From positions 4,836,001 through 4,900,000 of the forward strand of contig NC_134031.1 of the NCBI RefSeq assembly GCF_964204645.1: 64,000 nucleotides of DNA, read 5' to 3'. This document shows positions 1 to 11,967 of this stretch, one piece after another (within the stretch, counting starts at the first letter, position 1; each line of letters opens with the position of its first letter). Source of the stretch: Tubulanus polymorphus. Its lineage: Eukaryota; Animalia; Nemertea. Under the pieces are notes generated by a model. The model ran no database searches, was not told the DNA's origin, and worked only from the letters and a program-made list of their open reading frames with translations. Position numbers and translations under genes: made by a program.

Positions 1-319
1 TACACGGATAGGTGTGATAAAGACGTTATTGGTAACTCGGAAGGTGTCAGAGTCGTGACAAATAACATTCACTGAATATATATATTCTATATATACGACT
101 TATTTTTCTAGAATATATAAACATTATACGACTTTCGGTTGCTAGTCATTCGAGTTGAATGCTGTAGATTTCGATCGTCGTACGGAAAGCTATAAACTTA
201 CTGTAAGTAATCAATGATTTTCTGTAATGATTGTATAAATCAATTTTTACGTCATTTGCCGACGTTTTTCATTAATCTTTATCGGCAGCGTCATTTCTTC
301 GGCGGTTGATCGCTTGAAA

Positions 320-670
320 TAGGGTTCGCACGGGTTTCCCAATTTCATTTTCTATATCTTTGCCATACCCAGATTATAGATTTTCAATACCCCTGAGTTA
401 CGCATCGCCAACCTAGAACAGGCAATGTGTAGGCCCATTCAAAGTAAATAAGTGCCAATTATCAATACCATTGAGACAAGTGTTTTTATTAAGTTTGTTA
501 TCAAATGTGTAGTGAGACATTTAGGCATGTAGCCTGAAATTCAAAATGCAAAGAAAATTTCAATTTGAGACCATATTCCGATTTTTCAATAACTTCTCCA
601 TAGCCATAGAGAAAAAAAACAAAATTTCCATAGGTCTTCGACGACCTGGAAAAAAAATCCCATTTTCCAA
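320..670 (+). mobile_element. Dispersed repeat family B (probable hAT-like MITE)
   Basis: 321-472 has an inverted, internally deleted copy at 20753-20868, sharing catcgccaacctagaa...gtaggcccattcaaagtaaataagtgcc. The right boundary is approximate. Confidence 0.6.
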
Positions 671-1132
671 AACGCCGTCAAAGAACGCCGTCAAAGAAAC
701 GTTCATTCACAATGAGCGCTCGTTATTGGCAATGCTATTTTAATCGAATTTCATTTCAGCCGATTTCTATCGCTAGCCGCACGTCTAAATGCTTCAAAAT
801 TGGCTTGTGGCCATTTCTTAATCTTGCGAAATAACGAACGCGCGGCTTGTCGTCGTTGTAAGAAAGCAGCTCAGAGATAAATTTCTCAAATATTTCTCGC
901 AAGTAACGATGACTTACAGCAAGCCGCGCGGCGCGGCATAAATCATATAGTATTACAATAGAAAATGTAAGCTTTTCATTTGAAGACATCGAGTTTTGTA
1001 GCCAGGCTACGAGACATCGGGTGCCGTCTGCCGTCTTAGTCGTATTAGATACGGATCAATTTCAGCATGTCGAATAATACGCGAACATGTCCATCGCAAG
1101 CCGCCCATATAGTCACAGCGCGCACTATACAG

Positions 1133-1533
1133 CAGGCTATCTACAGAGCAGTCATTCCTGAATATAGGGAATTTCAGGGGAGAAATTTTCAAATTTCGAG
1201 GAAGCGTCTACATCACTGTCATATCCCAATTACTGTAGACTCTTTCTAAATCGGTACTGTTTTTCTCAGTAAACCATTAATTCAGTGGTTTATTTAGCAA
1301 ATATTTATCCGTTACACTACCTACTATTGGTAATTGCCAAATTGGGTAAAAACAAATCCTCGTCCTGATTTAGGTGGTCTACTGTACAACTACAAACTAG
1401 ACAAAAATTTCTAATAGCCTAATAGTCAAAAAGGCGTTTTGGGTACCTAGTTGGTTCAAATTAAAGGAGTTTCAAATGCCTTTAATTAAGCATTTTCCGT
1501 TTTTAAGGAATTTTTAAGGACGTAGGGATTCTG
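1133..1533 (+). mobile_element. ~400-bp MITE family A, copy 1 (degenerate)
   Basis: Colinear with 3480-3878 and 4316-4776, e.g. ggaagcgtct.catcact.tcatat, ggtactgttt, aaggagtttcaa; ends gtagggattctg. Confidence 0.8.
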
Positions 1534-2456
1534 TATGGTATCAATTCGTACGACGACAGGTTTTTTTCGCACAAATATGATGACAAATTATGATGACAAA
1601 TGCATTATCGTTGAACAAACATCATTCCCAGCCGAAGGTTGAATTACTTCCTGATATTTACAACAAACTGTGTTTCGTCCTCTCTGAATACTGAACGATA
1701 TACCTGGTAATACTACTACGGGTAGTGCCTGTGATGATGCCAATAGATTCTAAATCGGAGAAAATGTTGTAAAGGTCAACGTTCTCCTCCGTTGAGAACG
1801 TCAGCCGGTTAGCGATAAAATCTTCCTTACCTCTTTCCTAAGGAAGCCACTGGGACAATCTTTCATGAAGTCTTTATGCCTACAGGAAAAATGAAAAGAA
1901 TTAAAATCTAACTTGAAACTATAACGTTAGGACCTGGGGGAAAAGAGCCACACTTTCCAGTAATGTTCCAAAAAAGTGAGCCAAAACCTAACGGGTATTG
2001 ATATTTAAGAAGCATAGCCTTAGAGAGCTGTTTATGGACCCAGGATCACGGAGGGGTGCACCACCAAAATAGGTAGAATACCATATAATTACAAGGGTAC
2101 TCCGAAAGAAAGTTTATTGGGACACATAAATTCATTTTTGAAAATACAGAGAACAAGATTATGAATTTAAACTTTCTTAGGGAATAGTAATTAGTATATT
2201 TCATTGCCCAATGAAATATCCGGGCAACTTGACATTTAAGGGGAGGACACCCTCCCTGGATGCGCCCCCCCCCCCCGGTACCCCATCCAATATTCCGAAT
2301 AAATTGTGTGTTGACTGTGAAATTATCAACGCACGCAAACAGAGAACATAACAATATAAACTGAAAACTAGTTATGAAATAATCGTGACAGACGTGAGCC
2401 TGAATTGAAGGCAGTTGTTAGCAGTGCTACAGTGTTTAATTCATAATCTAATCAAG

Positions 2457-2594
2457 ATGCCAGACATGAGGCGTATAAATTCAATCATCGATGAGTACAG
2501 GTTAGCCGATATGAGAGACGACCGTTTAAACGCTGTTATACTACTCACCATCGCTGTAACTCTTTCTTGTCAACTGCAAATAGAGAAATGTTGA
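2457..2594 (+). pseudogene. Possible hAT transposase C-terminal (dimerisation domain) remnant
   Basis: Translates as MRRINSIIDEYRLADMRDDRLNAVILLTI, resembling the hAT LRRxKxxLRSTMxxxRLNxLxLLxI motif. Short and unverified. Confidence 0.3.
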
Positions 2595-3087
2595 GGAGGT
2601 GATTTCGGATGTTTGGATTAATATAACGACGATGAGCGGGACAATCAAGAGAGGCCACCCGAGAGTACGCCGAGTTTCAACTCGATGTCCTGAGGTCTTC
2701 AAATACTGATCAAAGCCGAATAATATTTCTCAATATAAAATCCATTAGCTGACAGAGAAAATAGGGAAATTCAAGTTTCAACCGTAGGAGCTCTTCACTG
2801 CACTATGGCTTCATTGGTATTGCCATCTTTGACATTGATTGGGCTCTTATGCTACTCCTCAGCCTCGAATTGAAGTGTTTCAGTTTCTATATGATATTTC
2901 ATGTCTTAATTAAAGGCTAACGTGGAACCTCAAAAGCCAAGTGACAGTTGACGCTAATATGACCATTTTGAAACCCAGGGCTGCCGACCTCTGAAAAGTG
3001 CTATCAGTAACAAATTGAATTTTTTTCAGTGACATTTCATTGAAATATGAAAGAAAATGTTGAAATCGGTCATTAATCAACAGTAAG

Positions 3088-3115
3088 ATATATATATATA
3101 TATATATATATATAT
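3088..3115. repeat. (TA)n microsatellite
   Basis: Direct read; shorter (TA)n tracts also near 42791, 48420 and 59719. Confidence 0.95.
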
Positions 3116-3479
3116 CTATATAAGTCCGCAGAAGCGCGCGAAGTGCTCCGAGAGATTTGCGCCGCTCAGTGCGACGTACTGAATCATCGGGCGTTTAATG
3201 CGACGACGGTATACGCGGGAAAACGCGTGACAGATATGGGTGATGAAATGATGGCACTATTTCAGCCTATAAAAGCAAACAGACACCGATTAATCAGCGT
3301 TAAAGTTGACAAGGAAAGATTGCATTCGGATACAATCAGCGAAGTCTGCGCCGCATTCCGCATAATCTACTTTGTCGATTTATGCTTGACTGATGACGTC
3401 CTCAGTTCGTTCTTTTACTTGCGATGTTCGAAACTTTCGTACGACGCCAACTTCTGCGTCTTCCTACGTGGATTTCATA

Positions 3480-3878
3480 CCGGGTCCCTACTACAGATCG
3501 GCCCTTCCTGAATATAAGGAGTTTTAAAGGAGAAAACTTCAAGGAAGCGTCTGCATCACTTTCATATTCACTCCTCCTAAACCAGTACTGTTTATCTCGG
3601 TAAACCGTAAATTTGGTGGCTTTGTAAGCAAGTTTTTATCCTTTACGCTAAGTAACCTTGATTTCTAATTTGGTAAATTGGGTAAAAAAAATCCTGGTCT
3701 TAACTGTTCCAATTAAGGTGTTCGTTTTCTGTACAACTACAAACATGTCTAGTCACCATTTCTCAAAATTGAAGGAGTTTTGGGCGTTTTGCTCAAATAA
3801 AAGGAGTTTCAAGCAACTTTGAAACCAATTTCTGTATAGAGGGAGTTTTTAAGGAATCAAGGAGTCATAGGGACCCTG
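3480..3878 (+). mobile_element. ~400-bp MITE family A, copy 2 (hAT-like CAGGG/CCCTG-type ends)
   Basis: TIR c.gggtcccta...tagggaccctg; subterminal aaggag/aaggaa repeats; no clear TSD. Confidence 0.8.
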
Positions 3879-4315
3879 AAATAACTACATAGCAGCAGCA
3901 GCAGCAGTGAGTAAGAGTGAGTAGGAGTAGACCCCTGTTGTGAAATGTTAAAAATAAATATCTCAGATGGCCACGGATCAAATGGATCGCTCTGCTGCTA
4001 CTACCACCGCGCGAGTGAAATCTACAAAAGTTTTTGTAACTCACATTTCGCTCGGAGATAACTAATGTGCTATATAAAAACAAGCCCAGGTTTTTATCGC
4101 AAAACGCATCGAAGAAAAAAAAACTAAACGCGATAGAAAACAAATTCCCAACCCATCTGTCGACCATTTTTTAAAGAAAGTTTCTAAAGATTACGGCACA
4201 CTATCTTCAGCCAATAGCAACTCAGTTTGAAGAGCACAAGTGGAAAGTGGTGTTATAAGTGGACTGGTTTCATCATAGTTGTTTGATTGGTTATCAGTAG
4301 TAAATCAAAGATATA

Positions 4316-4776
4316 TTCCCTACCGATCAGCCATTCCTGGATATAAGTTTTCAAGAAGTTTGAAAAGAGAACATTTCAAATTTCGAGGAAGTGTCTGCAT
4401 CACTTTCATATCTCAATTACGGTAGACTTCTCCTAAATCGGTACTGTTTATTTCGGTAAACCATTAATTTAGCGGTTTTTTAAGCAAATTATTATCCTAT
4501 GCACTAATCTAACTGAGTTTTTAATTTGGAAACTGCCTAATTAGGTAAGAACAAATCCTGGTCCCAAATGTATCAATTTAGAAGTAGGCCTAGCCTACTG
4601 TACAACTATGTACTAGACAAAAATTTCTAATTGCCCATTTCTCAAAATTGAAGGAATTAAACAGGTTTTAAAGGAATTCTGGGCATTTTCTTCAAATGAA
4701 AGGAGTTTCAAGCACCTTTTCAAAAGCATATTCCGTTAAGGAGTTTTTAAGGAATCAAGGAGTCATAGGGACCTGG
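4316..4776 (+). mobile_element. ~460-bp MITE family A, copy 3
   Basis: Shares ggagtttttaaggaatcaaggagtcatagggacc exactly with copy 2. Confidence 0.8.
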
Positions 4777-5314
4777 ATACTAGTAATTTCATAGTTTCAT
4801 GCGTATGTTCATACTTTAGAATGAACGGATGTCAAATAGCCCGAGCTCCGTATCAATATTCCGCGCAGCTCTACGCACTAATCAAATAGCCATTTAGACC
4901 GAATTAACATTTGAGTGTTGCCATCGACGCGAATATCATATAGTCATAGAGAGACGTTCGGTACGTCGGATTAATGGTCGAAAAATACCCCGTAAAAACT
5001 CGGCTCTTATCAATCGTTCGGTCGTTTGAGCGCTCCACCGGATAGCCATCAAACGTAAGCTCCAGTACGTACCGATCATTCAGCAACGTCCGCAACGCTA
5101 TTATTTATTATTAAGCAAATACCGAAGCTTTGTTAATGATGCAGAAACGCCGGCGTTTATTTATCCGAATAATCGCTTGTAAAAAATAACTCGAGCCAAT
5201 TTGTAACGATTTTTCTCTTTTTGCCGTCGCGAATAATAAATCGCCGATTTATCGGACGGCTGACGACGACGAACGTTCCGTCCCGGATTAGAAAATTCAT
5301 TGAATTATATAATA

Positions 5315-5576
5315 TCCACGATCACGCGGAGACGATTTTGCCCGGAGTAAGCCCGAGTCTAATTTGGCCCGTGTCTAGGGAGCACGTTCGCACATTAACT
5401 ACTCACTCGATGTTTAAAATGTGAGTCACTTCCGGAACCAGTTGCAATTCGGCTCGGGCCTGGTCCAACGTTTTTTGGTCGGGCCAAATGTAGCCCGGGT
5501 CTAACAGGCACGAACCCATTGATTTAGCACCCATATGAACAGCTTTTCCAGGCCTAAACGCTCGTGTGATTGTGGC
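5315..5576. mobile_element. Degenerate Harbinger-like MITE
   Basis: Imperfect TIR tccacgatcacgcg / cgtgtgattgtggc, with internal inverted gcccg.g / c.cgggc motifs. Confidence 0.45.
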
Positions 5577-6398
5577 TAATATCTACCGTACAACATTTTG
5601 GGTACATTTACTCGATTGAATCTAGAGTCCATGATTGAAGAAGGCTAGTAACGTACGAGGTATTACGAGGTATTATATTGTGGAAATGTACTACAGATGT
5701 GTATATAGTACTAATCGTTATAGACTAGTCTAGTACGTATACTCATAGATATCAAATCTACAGGTATTTTGATCAAACCAGATAATCAACCGCACAAAGC
5801 CTTTCAAATTCAACGAGCTAAGCTGTAATACGTACATCTCTGATTTCTAATGTCCTAAACTTCGGCATAAAAGCATAAAGATCTACAAGCGTAACTTATT
5901 TAGGCAAACTCGATTAAGAGTGGCCAAGTGGTTAAATGCAACCTTTTTTCAGCTGACCAAACATTTCAAAAACATCTAGTTAATTACTCATGTCAATGTT
6001 AAGATACATTGCTCAACATTTTGACACAAAATTTGTCATTTGATTTTTAGCAAAAAGGTGCCTAGAAAGTATCTAATTTTTCTAAATTTTCCGAGGGAGG
6101 GCCCCTTGAGGTGCACCATGCCTTCAGTGGTCCAGCACAGCCTAGCGCGCCCCCTTCCTCAAATTCTTAGATCCACCCCTGTAATACTGATCTCATCCGG
6201 CAAAATCCGGGTGGGCAGCGTTTGTAAGTTGGAGGTTAAAGTTTATTTTCTGGCCTACCCTGATGCATAATCAGGAAAAGGAAAACCTTGCTAATAATTT
6301 CTGTGAGTGGCGCTCAGCACTTTGAAAATAATCAAAGGCTATTACCAGCCCTGTTTATCATAGAAAACCTGTGGATTCTACCAGCAGTTTACAAGTTA

Positions 6399-6651
6399 GG
6401 CCATCCCAAAATAATGGTCTGTTTTCTGTAACGCCACCGACCCGACTTCAAAGGTACCGAGTGAAAACTTTTTTTGAGGATTCATTGAAATAAATTTTAT
6501 TTTTGATTTTGTTTCCATATGAAAAAGGTGATAAATTTGTTGTTTTTTTTTGCCCTAAATAATTGCAAAAAAATATTTCTACCTACCAACCGACTCATCC
6601 TGAAAACTTGTGTCGCTGTTACGGCAAACAGACATTTATTTTGGGATGGCC
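6399..6651. mobile_element. PIF/Harbinger (Tourist-like) MITE, 253 bp
   Basis: Perfect 16-bp TIR GGCCATCCCAAAATAA...TTATTTTGGGATGGCC, extending imperfectly to ~34 bp, with a TTA target-site duplication on both sides. Confidence 0.9.
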
Positions 6652-8646
6652 TTAGTACTGTACTAAATAGACCTCAGATTGGTTCAATAGCCGAATGCCG
6701 TTTTACAGCGATTGTAACCCTACATCCCGATAAGTCGATGCTGACCCTTAACAGAAAATGTACTCATTAGTCACCGTATGAATAACAAGTTTCATCGGAT
6801 CAAAGAGATATGAAGATACACGACGAGACTTTTAAGATGAATGTCGAAGCTCGCGCGATGAGACGATCAAATCAAATCATAATTATCGATCGTCGCGTTT
6901 AAACTGATCCATCCTGTAACAGGTGTCTACGTTCACAGCTCTCTCATTACAACGATCATTAAAAACGTACCCAGCACCAATTAGATGATTACCGCGGCTG
7001 CTAACCCGATTACGCAGGACTATCTATTCTATATAAAATCATGGGTGTGTGTAGTCTATCTGACAGTCTGATTATAAATTTTCGATAAAAGTTTCCAGTC
7101 GTACTATCCTAGACGTGAAACCGATCGAATCTATTTGATGGCTGTACATTACGTCGAGCGAATATGAATCAAATTTCTGGCCCGTTGCTAGTCGCTGAAA
7201 TGAATCGCGAATAGATATTATTATTCCTGTCGACGACGGTCTCAGCGTTTCAGCGAGAAATCGCTTCGCGCTTGAATTGAAGTTTTCAGTTTCTATATGA
7301 TAAATCTAATATTCATTAGTCTGTGGTCTGTGGGACCCTGGACACCCCTTGGAAGGCGCTCGCCTTCGCGGAAACCCAACAATACCCCTTTTTTTGCTAT
7401 CCGATCAACAGAAAAATGAAAAGATACATCACTGGTATATCAGTTATTAATTGAAGTAAATCTATAAGAACCAGTGTTATTTCCATCAGTTAACACAGGT
7501 CAGGAAGGATAAAAACTGATATCTACAGCTTATCTTAACCCGAGGCTTAAAACTGCAGTTTAAAATGCTTAGCTCTTCTATCAAATTATTGTGAGGAATT
7601 TAAGTGGTTTAGGTCTGATATCATATAATTTTAAGTTCCAAAGCAAAATATAGTGCCCATCAAATTAGCATGTAAACAATCACGCCCGAGACATCATCGT
7701 CATATCATCAATGATGTCGATGTGATGTCCATGGATGTCAATTGTTACAGTGAAAATCTTGGCACAGCCCTAACCATGGTTGCTAATATTAATATAATAT
7801 ATAATATTTTTTTTATTAGTCTTTGGTTGACTGCACACAGCCTTGCTATAAATAAGTAACGAACTGCCGTGCCTGAGGAGAATGTGAATGATGAACAGCT
7901 GCCATGGCCCATGAATGAATGCATTTTGCCAACAATCTATATGTCAACAATGAATTTCTAATGATGTCTACTTACAATATGTAATTTCGGTTAATTCCTT
8001 AATTTCATGAACTGTCAACTTGCTAGAATTCTTCCCCATAATATTCACCGCTATTCAAACCAATTTACAACATGTTACATCGATGTAATACTGTACAGCT
8101 GATCACAGTATCAGCATCCAGTTCAGCATCACGCCATCCGGGTTTACCTCTCTGACGTCATTATCGGGATACCCACTGTACTCGCTTACCTGAGGCAATT
8201 TGTTACTGAGCGTCTATCACATTCCGTTAGATGGCGCATTGGTAAACGTGACCAGATCGTTTAGTTATGCCCAGTTGACGCGGTATTCTTCAGATTCATT
8301 TACCCAGGGGCCCGACACAATTTTTGGACACATTATCATCGGTACCTATACATGAAAAAAACGTAGATATTGAGTTTTTAACGTTTTTTGCGCCAGACCT
8401 CTGCTCTGGACATCTACCCGGGTAGGTGGGACGGCCCTTTATTGCGCGCTAAAGTTTGGGTTAACGTATTTTGAATTGATAGGTCTTATGTTTCGGCGCA
8501 ATTGTTCATAATACTGCCATTTTCAAGCTTTCGTCCATTTTTCGTTTGAATTTTATTCTGGATCCACGCCTTGTAATGAAGTAACTTACTAACGAAGAAA
8601 TGTGAATGAGATATCTTTTTTTACTTCCAGGCCAGAAAACACAAAA

Positions 8647-9592
8647 ATGTCTTATCGCCAGCTGGATTCCTTCACACCATTTTTCATGCTATACAGACCG
8701 ACCCGTGAAGAAGTAAACAACATCGTCGATCGAGTTTCCCGCCCCACAACAGCCCACTGCAGGAGGTCACGTTCATATTCTGAGGTAAGCACTGTAAAGG
8801 GTCGACGTCCCAAAATGCATGGGTTTTGGAACAATTTGGAAAATTGAAAGATGCGACCAAAAACCATAAAATTCCTCTATCCTTTATGGACGTGTAACCT
8901 CACGTCCTAATCAGGAATTTCGTTGGATCTGGACCCAGTTTGTCGGGTGTGTATATGTATATACATCACCTAAAAACATCTCGAAAACTTGGCTAATTCA
9001 AGAGCGGCGCCACCTGTTTTGGATTTGGGGGACCCAAAATTTGAAAATTTCAATCGGGAATTTCGGTTTGAATAGATGTCATGGTAAAATCTAGTCAGCA
9101 ACCTGTCTGTGGATAAGTTTTAAGTGCGGATATTTTTACAAAGCCCATCCGATTATAAAAGTTTACCGCCAACGATTAGGTAACTATATAGGTAATATTG
9201 TAACTGAATATTGGCATCGTTATTTGCAGGCTAGAATAAGATACGAATCTGAAGAAAATCAAAAGGTGAAACAAATGACTTTTCGAGATTACGCACGAAC
9301 TTCTCGCGTACCGGTACCGAAACATTACGGAGGGACGCGTAAAACAATTACGCCTGACCGAATAGACGCGCTAGTTACTCGCATCAACAAACCAACGAAG
9401 ACGTATTGCATGAGAGTGTTTTCTACGGAGGAACTGATGAAATCTCGAGAGCTACCGCCCGGCACCGCTGAAAGAGGACGATCAGCGCAGTCGCGTGACC
9501 GATCGTCTGCCGTTTCCGATCGCCGCCGTCCGATGACATCTCCAACGCGATCCGGATCCGATATGCGCGGAGATCAGCAGACAAGCGCTTAA
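8647..9592 (+). CDS. Two-coding-exon gene, 166-aa basic uncharacterised protein with an internal 22-aa repeat (exons 8647-8784, 9230-9592)
   Basis: Acceptor ttttttacttccag ends at 8630; ATG at 8647; donor GAG|gtaagc at 8785; acceptor tatttgcag| before 9230. The phase-0 junction joins ORFs 8602 and 9224 in frame (...RSYSE|ARIRYE...). Stop TAA at 9592. An additional upstream exon is implied but not located. Confidence 0.8.
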
Positions 9593-9667
9593 AAACAGAA
9601 CAACCGACAACTCTTTCAATGATTCTAAACATTTTTATTTCAAAAAGAATAACAACAGCTTTCGGAG

Positions 9668-11551
9668 TTAGGGATACTGTGGATAGACTGTCTGACTTGG
9701 CCAAGCTGTCGGATCATTTTTCGAGGTTATTGCCAAATACAAAGCGAAATTCTGATTACCTTGGGCGTTTGGTAGTTTTTCGAATTTGACGGCTAAAATT
9801 CTACCCGTCGAACTGTCTCCACTATTTGGATTTACCGGATAGTTACCGTTGCAATAGCGCGTCGTATCAGCTGGTATATCGTAGATTCCCTGTTTGGAAT
9901 ATTGCATGAATCCAACTTGACAGTTGGGCTGTAGATCGCTCGCATAGTGAACCGTCTGAAACCGACAGATTTTGTTCTATGATGCTTTTTTTGTTAATTT
10001 CATTGAATAAAATCATAATCCCTGATATTCGTCAGGGACGGTGCTTTTTTAATCACGGCAAAAACTGGTCTCTCACCTCGCCTTCCGGGGCTATGGCGAA
10101 AATATTCAAGGTTTCGAAATTTCCATTTGCTGGATCAACTTGAAGCATCGTTCTCAGTTGTGGATCTTTCAGATGGACGACGTAATTTGTACCAGCTGGT
10201 ATGATTTCACGAGGGCCTGGAACGCAATAGAAATTTTAGGCTTACACAGAAAAAGAGTTTGCGGATTATCTATTTCAGATTCGGTTTAACTATGGAATCT
10301 AAAACGAAGAAAAATACGAGAATGCGGTAGCAATTTCTTTGACAACAAACACCGGCCTGAGATTTAACGTAGAAACTCAGTTTCAACTTACGATTTTCCC
10401 CACCCCCAGTCCGATACATTTGCCACAGTCAATGTTCTCGTTTATGAAAACACTGATCACCGTTTGTCGGATATCTGGGAATCCAGGGATAGAAATATAA
10501 AATATACCATAAGTAGAAAATTTCCACAAGGAAGTTAGAAGTATTAATGAGAATTTATCAACATTGAACGTGATATTCTCAATAACACATTATAAAATTT
10601 CTACATATTTATATCTGTAATCAAAGCACGGTTTAGATATAACGTATATTTCTAAATAAATGAAAATCCAAAAGTGAATGTACAGTCGCTTATCATTTCA
10701 ATCCAGTTGAATCAATTCGCAATTCATATTTCCTTTTGGCATTTTGACCTCTGGAATATTAACCGTATGGTATGTTTTATCTCTGGCATCATTACCGCGT
10801 ACCACTATTTGGATGCGCTTTAGTGTACAGAAACCGTATACGGTCTCATTGCAATGAAAACAAATTGATGAACGCTAAATTCCCCGAAACTGTATTCCAT
10901 GATATACTGATCCCCGAACCCTCAAACTAGAAACAGTATAACATACATGGTGCAGGTTGAGGCGGCGGGGCCGGTTCCGGAGCTCTGTTCATAGCCGGAT
11001 ATCTCGGTGGCAGAAACCGCCGTGGTCCAAACGGCGGAAAGAACGGGTTTAGTTGAAACAATGGCGGATACCACGGTTCTGAAATGGAAAAAAATTGCTT
11101 ACGAAATAAATGTGAATCAAAGTAAATTAGAAGTGATTCAGTAAAACAAGACTAGCTTTCTCAATAATCGTGGATACATACAGAATATAGAATATAGGTA
11201 ATGACTCCCCCGGTAAACTAGAGTTAAATAACTTAGACAAAATCTAGATAACATTTTTCACAGCAATGTCTAGGGCTACATAGATATTCTATTATTAGTT
11301 TTAAACTATATTTCTTCATACAAATTTTAGAAACTATGATAATGTAATTTTTGGTGCATGTAGCAAGTCATAGATTATCCAATGTAAATATTGTGACCAA
11401 TACCACGGATAATTTGAAATTTTGAAAAGATTTTTCAACGTAAGAATATTGAAATATTTTGTCGAATTGTTGGGGTTGGTTGTTTACCTACGGGGATATT
11501 TACCGGGATTTTTACCTGAGGGTTTTTTACCGGGGGTTTGTTACCTGTTTA

Positions 11552-11585
<34 letters not shown>

Positions 11586-11727
11586 GTGATATCGAATTTT
11601 CATAAAGCTAAAATGTTTCCTAATATATTTCCTGATCATTACCATATTGTGCCGCCGGAAGGAGAGCATAGGTTAATTTGCACAGAACCGAATAAACACC
11701 GAAGTAAAATAAAGTCCAACACTTCAT
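9668..11727 (-). CDS. Secreted 214-aa protein: signal peptide, Pro-rich segment and single divergent CUB-like domain (coding exons 11727-11643, 11078-10947, 10216-10077, 9955-9668)
   Basis: All junctions are GT-AG with matching phases 1,1,0. Translation: MKCWTLFYFGVYSVLCKLTYALLPAAQY-E-PWYPPLFQLNPFFPPFGPRRFLPPRYPAMNRAPEPAPPPQPAP-C-PREIIPAGTNYVVHLKDPQLRTMLQVDPANGNFETLNIFAIAPEGE-TVHYASDLQPNCQVGFMQYSKQGIYDIPADTTRYCNGNYPVNPNSGDSSTGRILAVKFEKLPNAQGNQNFALYLAITSKNDPTAWPSQTVYPQYP*. IAPEGETV, C...RYCNG..P, LAVKF and FALY echo CUB hallmarks. Minus-strand AATAAA at 9634-9639. Confidence 0.85.
11197..11553. mobile_element. Degenerate TIR element in intron 2 of the CUB-like gene
   Basis: Left end ggtaa...cccccggtaaa versus right end tttaccggggg...ttacc, with tandem tttacc subterminal repeats; abuts (TA)n. 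Confidence 0.45.
11554..11582. repeat. (TA)n microsatellite
   Basis: Direct read. Confidence 0.95.
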
Positions 11728-11807
11728 TCTGAAAAGATAGAAAACAGTAGAAACTAAAAGCGCGATCTGACCTACCGAAAATAGAGCAAAAATCTTATTA
11801 TTCTTAC

Positions 11808-11967
11808 GTTGAAATTTATATCCGATGCAATTTTGTGTATGACATTAAAATTGCTGTGTCTGGGGTTTTACGACATAATCAAACAGCTGTAGCGAGCTGT
11901 ATTTCGATTCATAAATCTTTGTCAAGTTTGGCGCCCAAATTCTTACAGTACCTCAAAAATCTATATA
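11808..11967 (-). promoter_or_regulatory. Putative TATA box and non-coding first exon of the secreted CUB-like gene
   Basis: TATATAGA on the minus strand at 11960-11967; donor AAC|gtaaga at 11807; 79-nt intron to the acceptor at 11729-11730, one base before the ATG. Confidence 0.5.

Noticed and set aside
3390-3440. CTGATGA ... CGAAAC resembling a hammerhead
   Set aside because: Stem II register and stem I/III pairing do not fit.
5919-5945. tRNA A-box-like TGGCCAAGTGGTTAA
   Set aside because: No B-box or cloverleaf follows.
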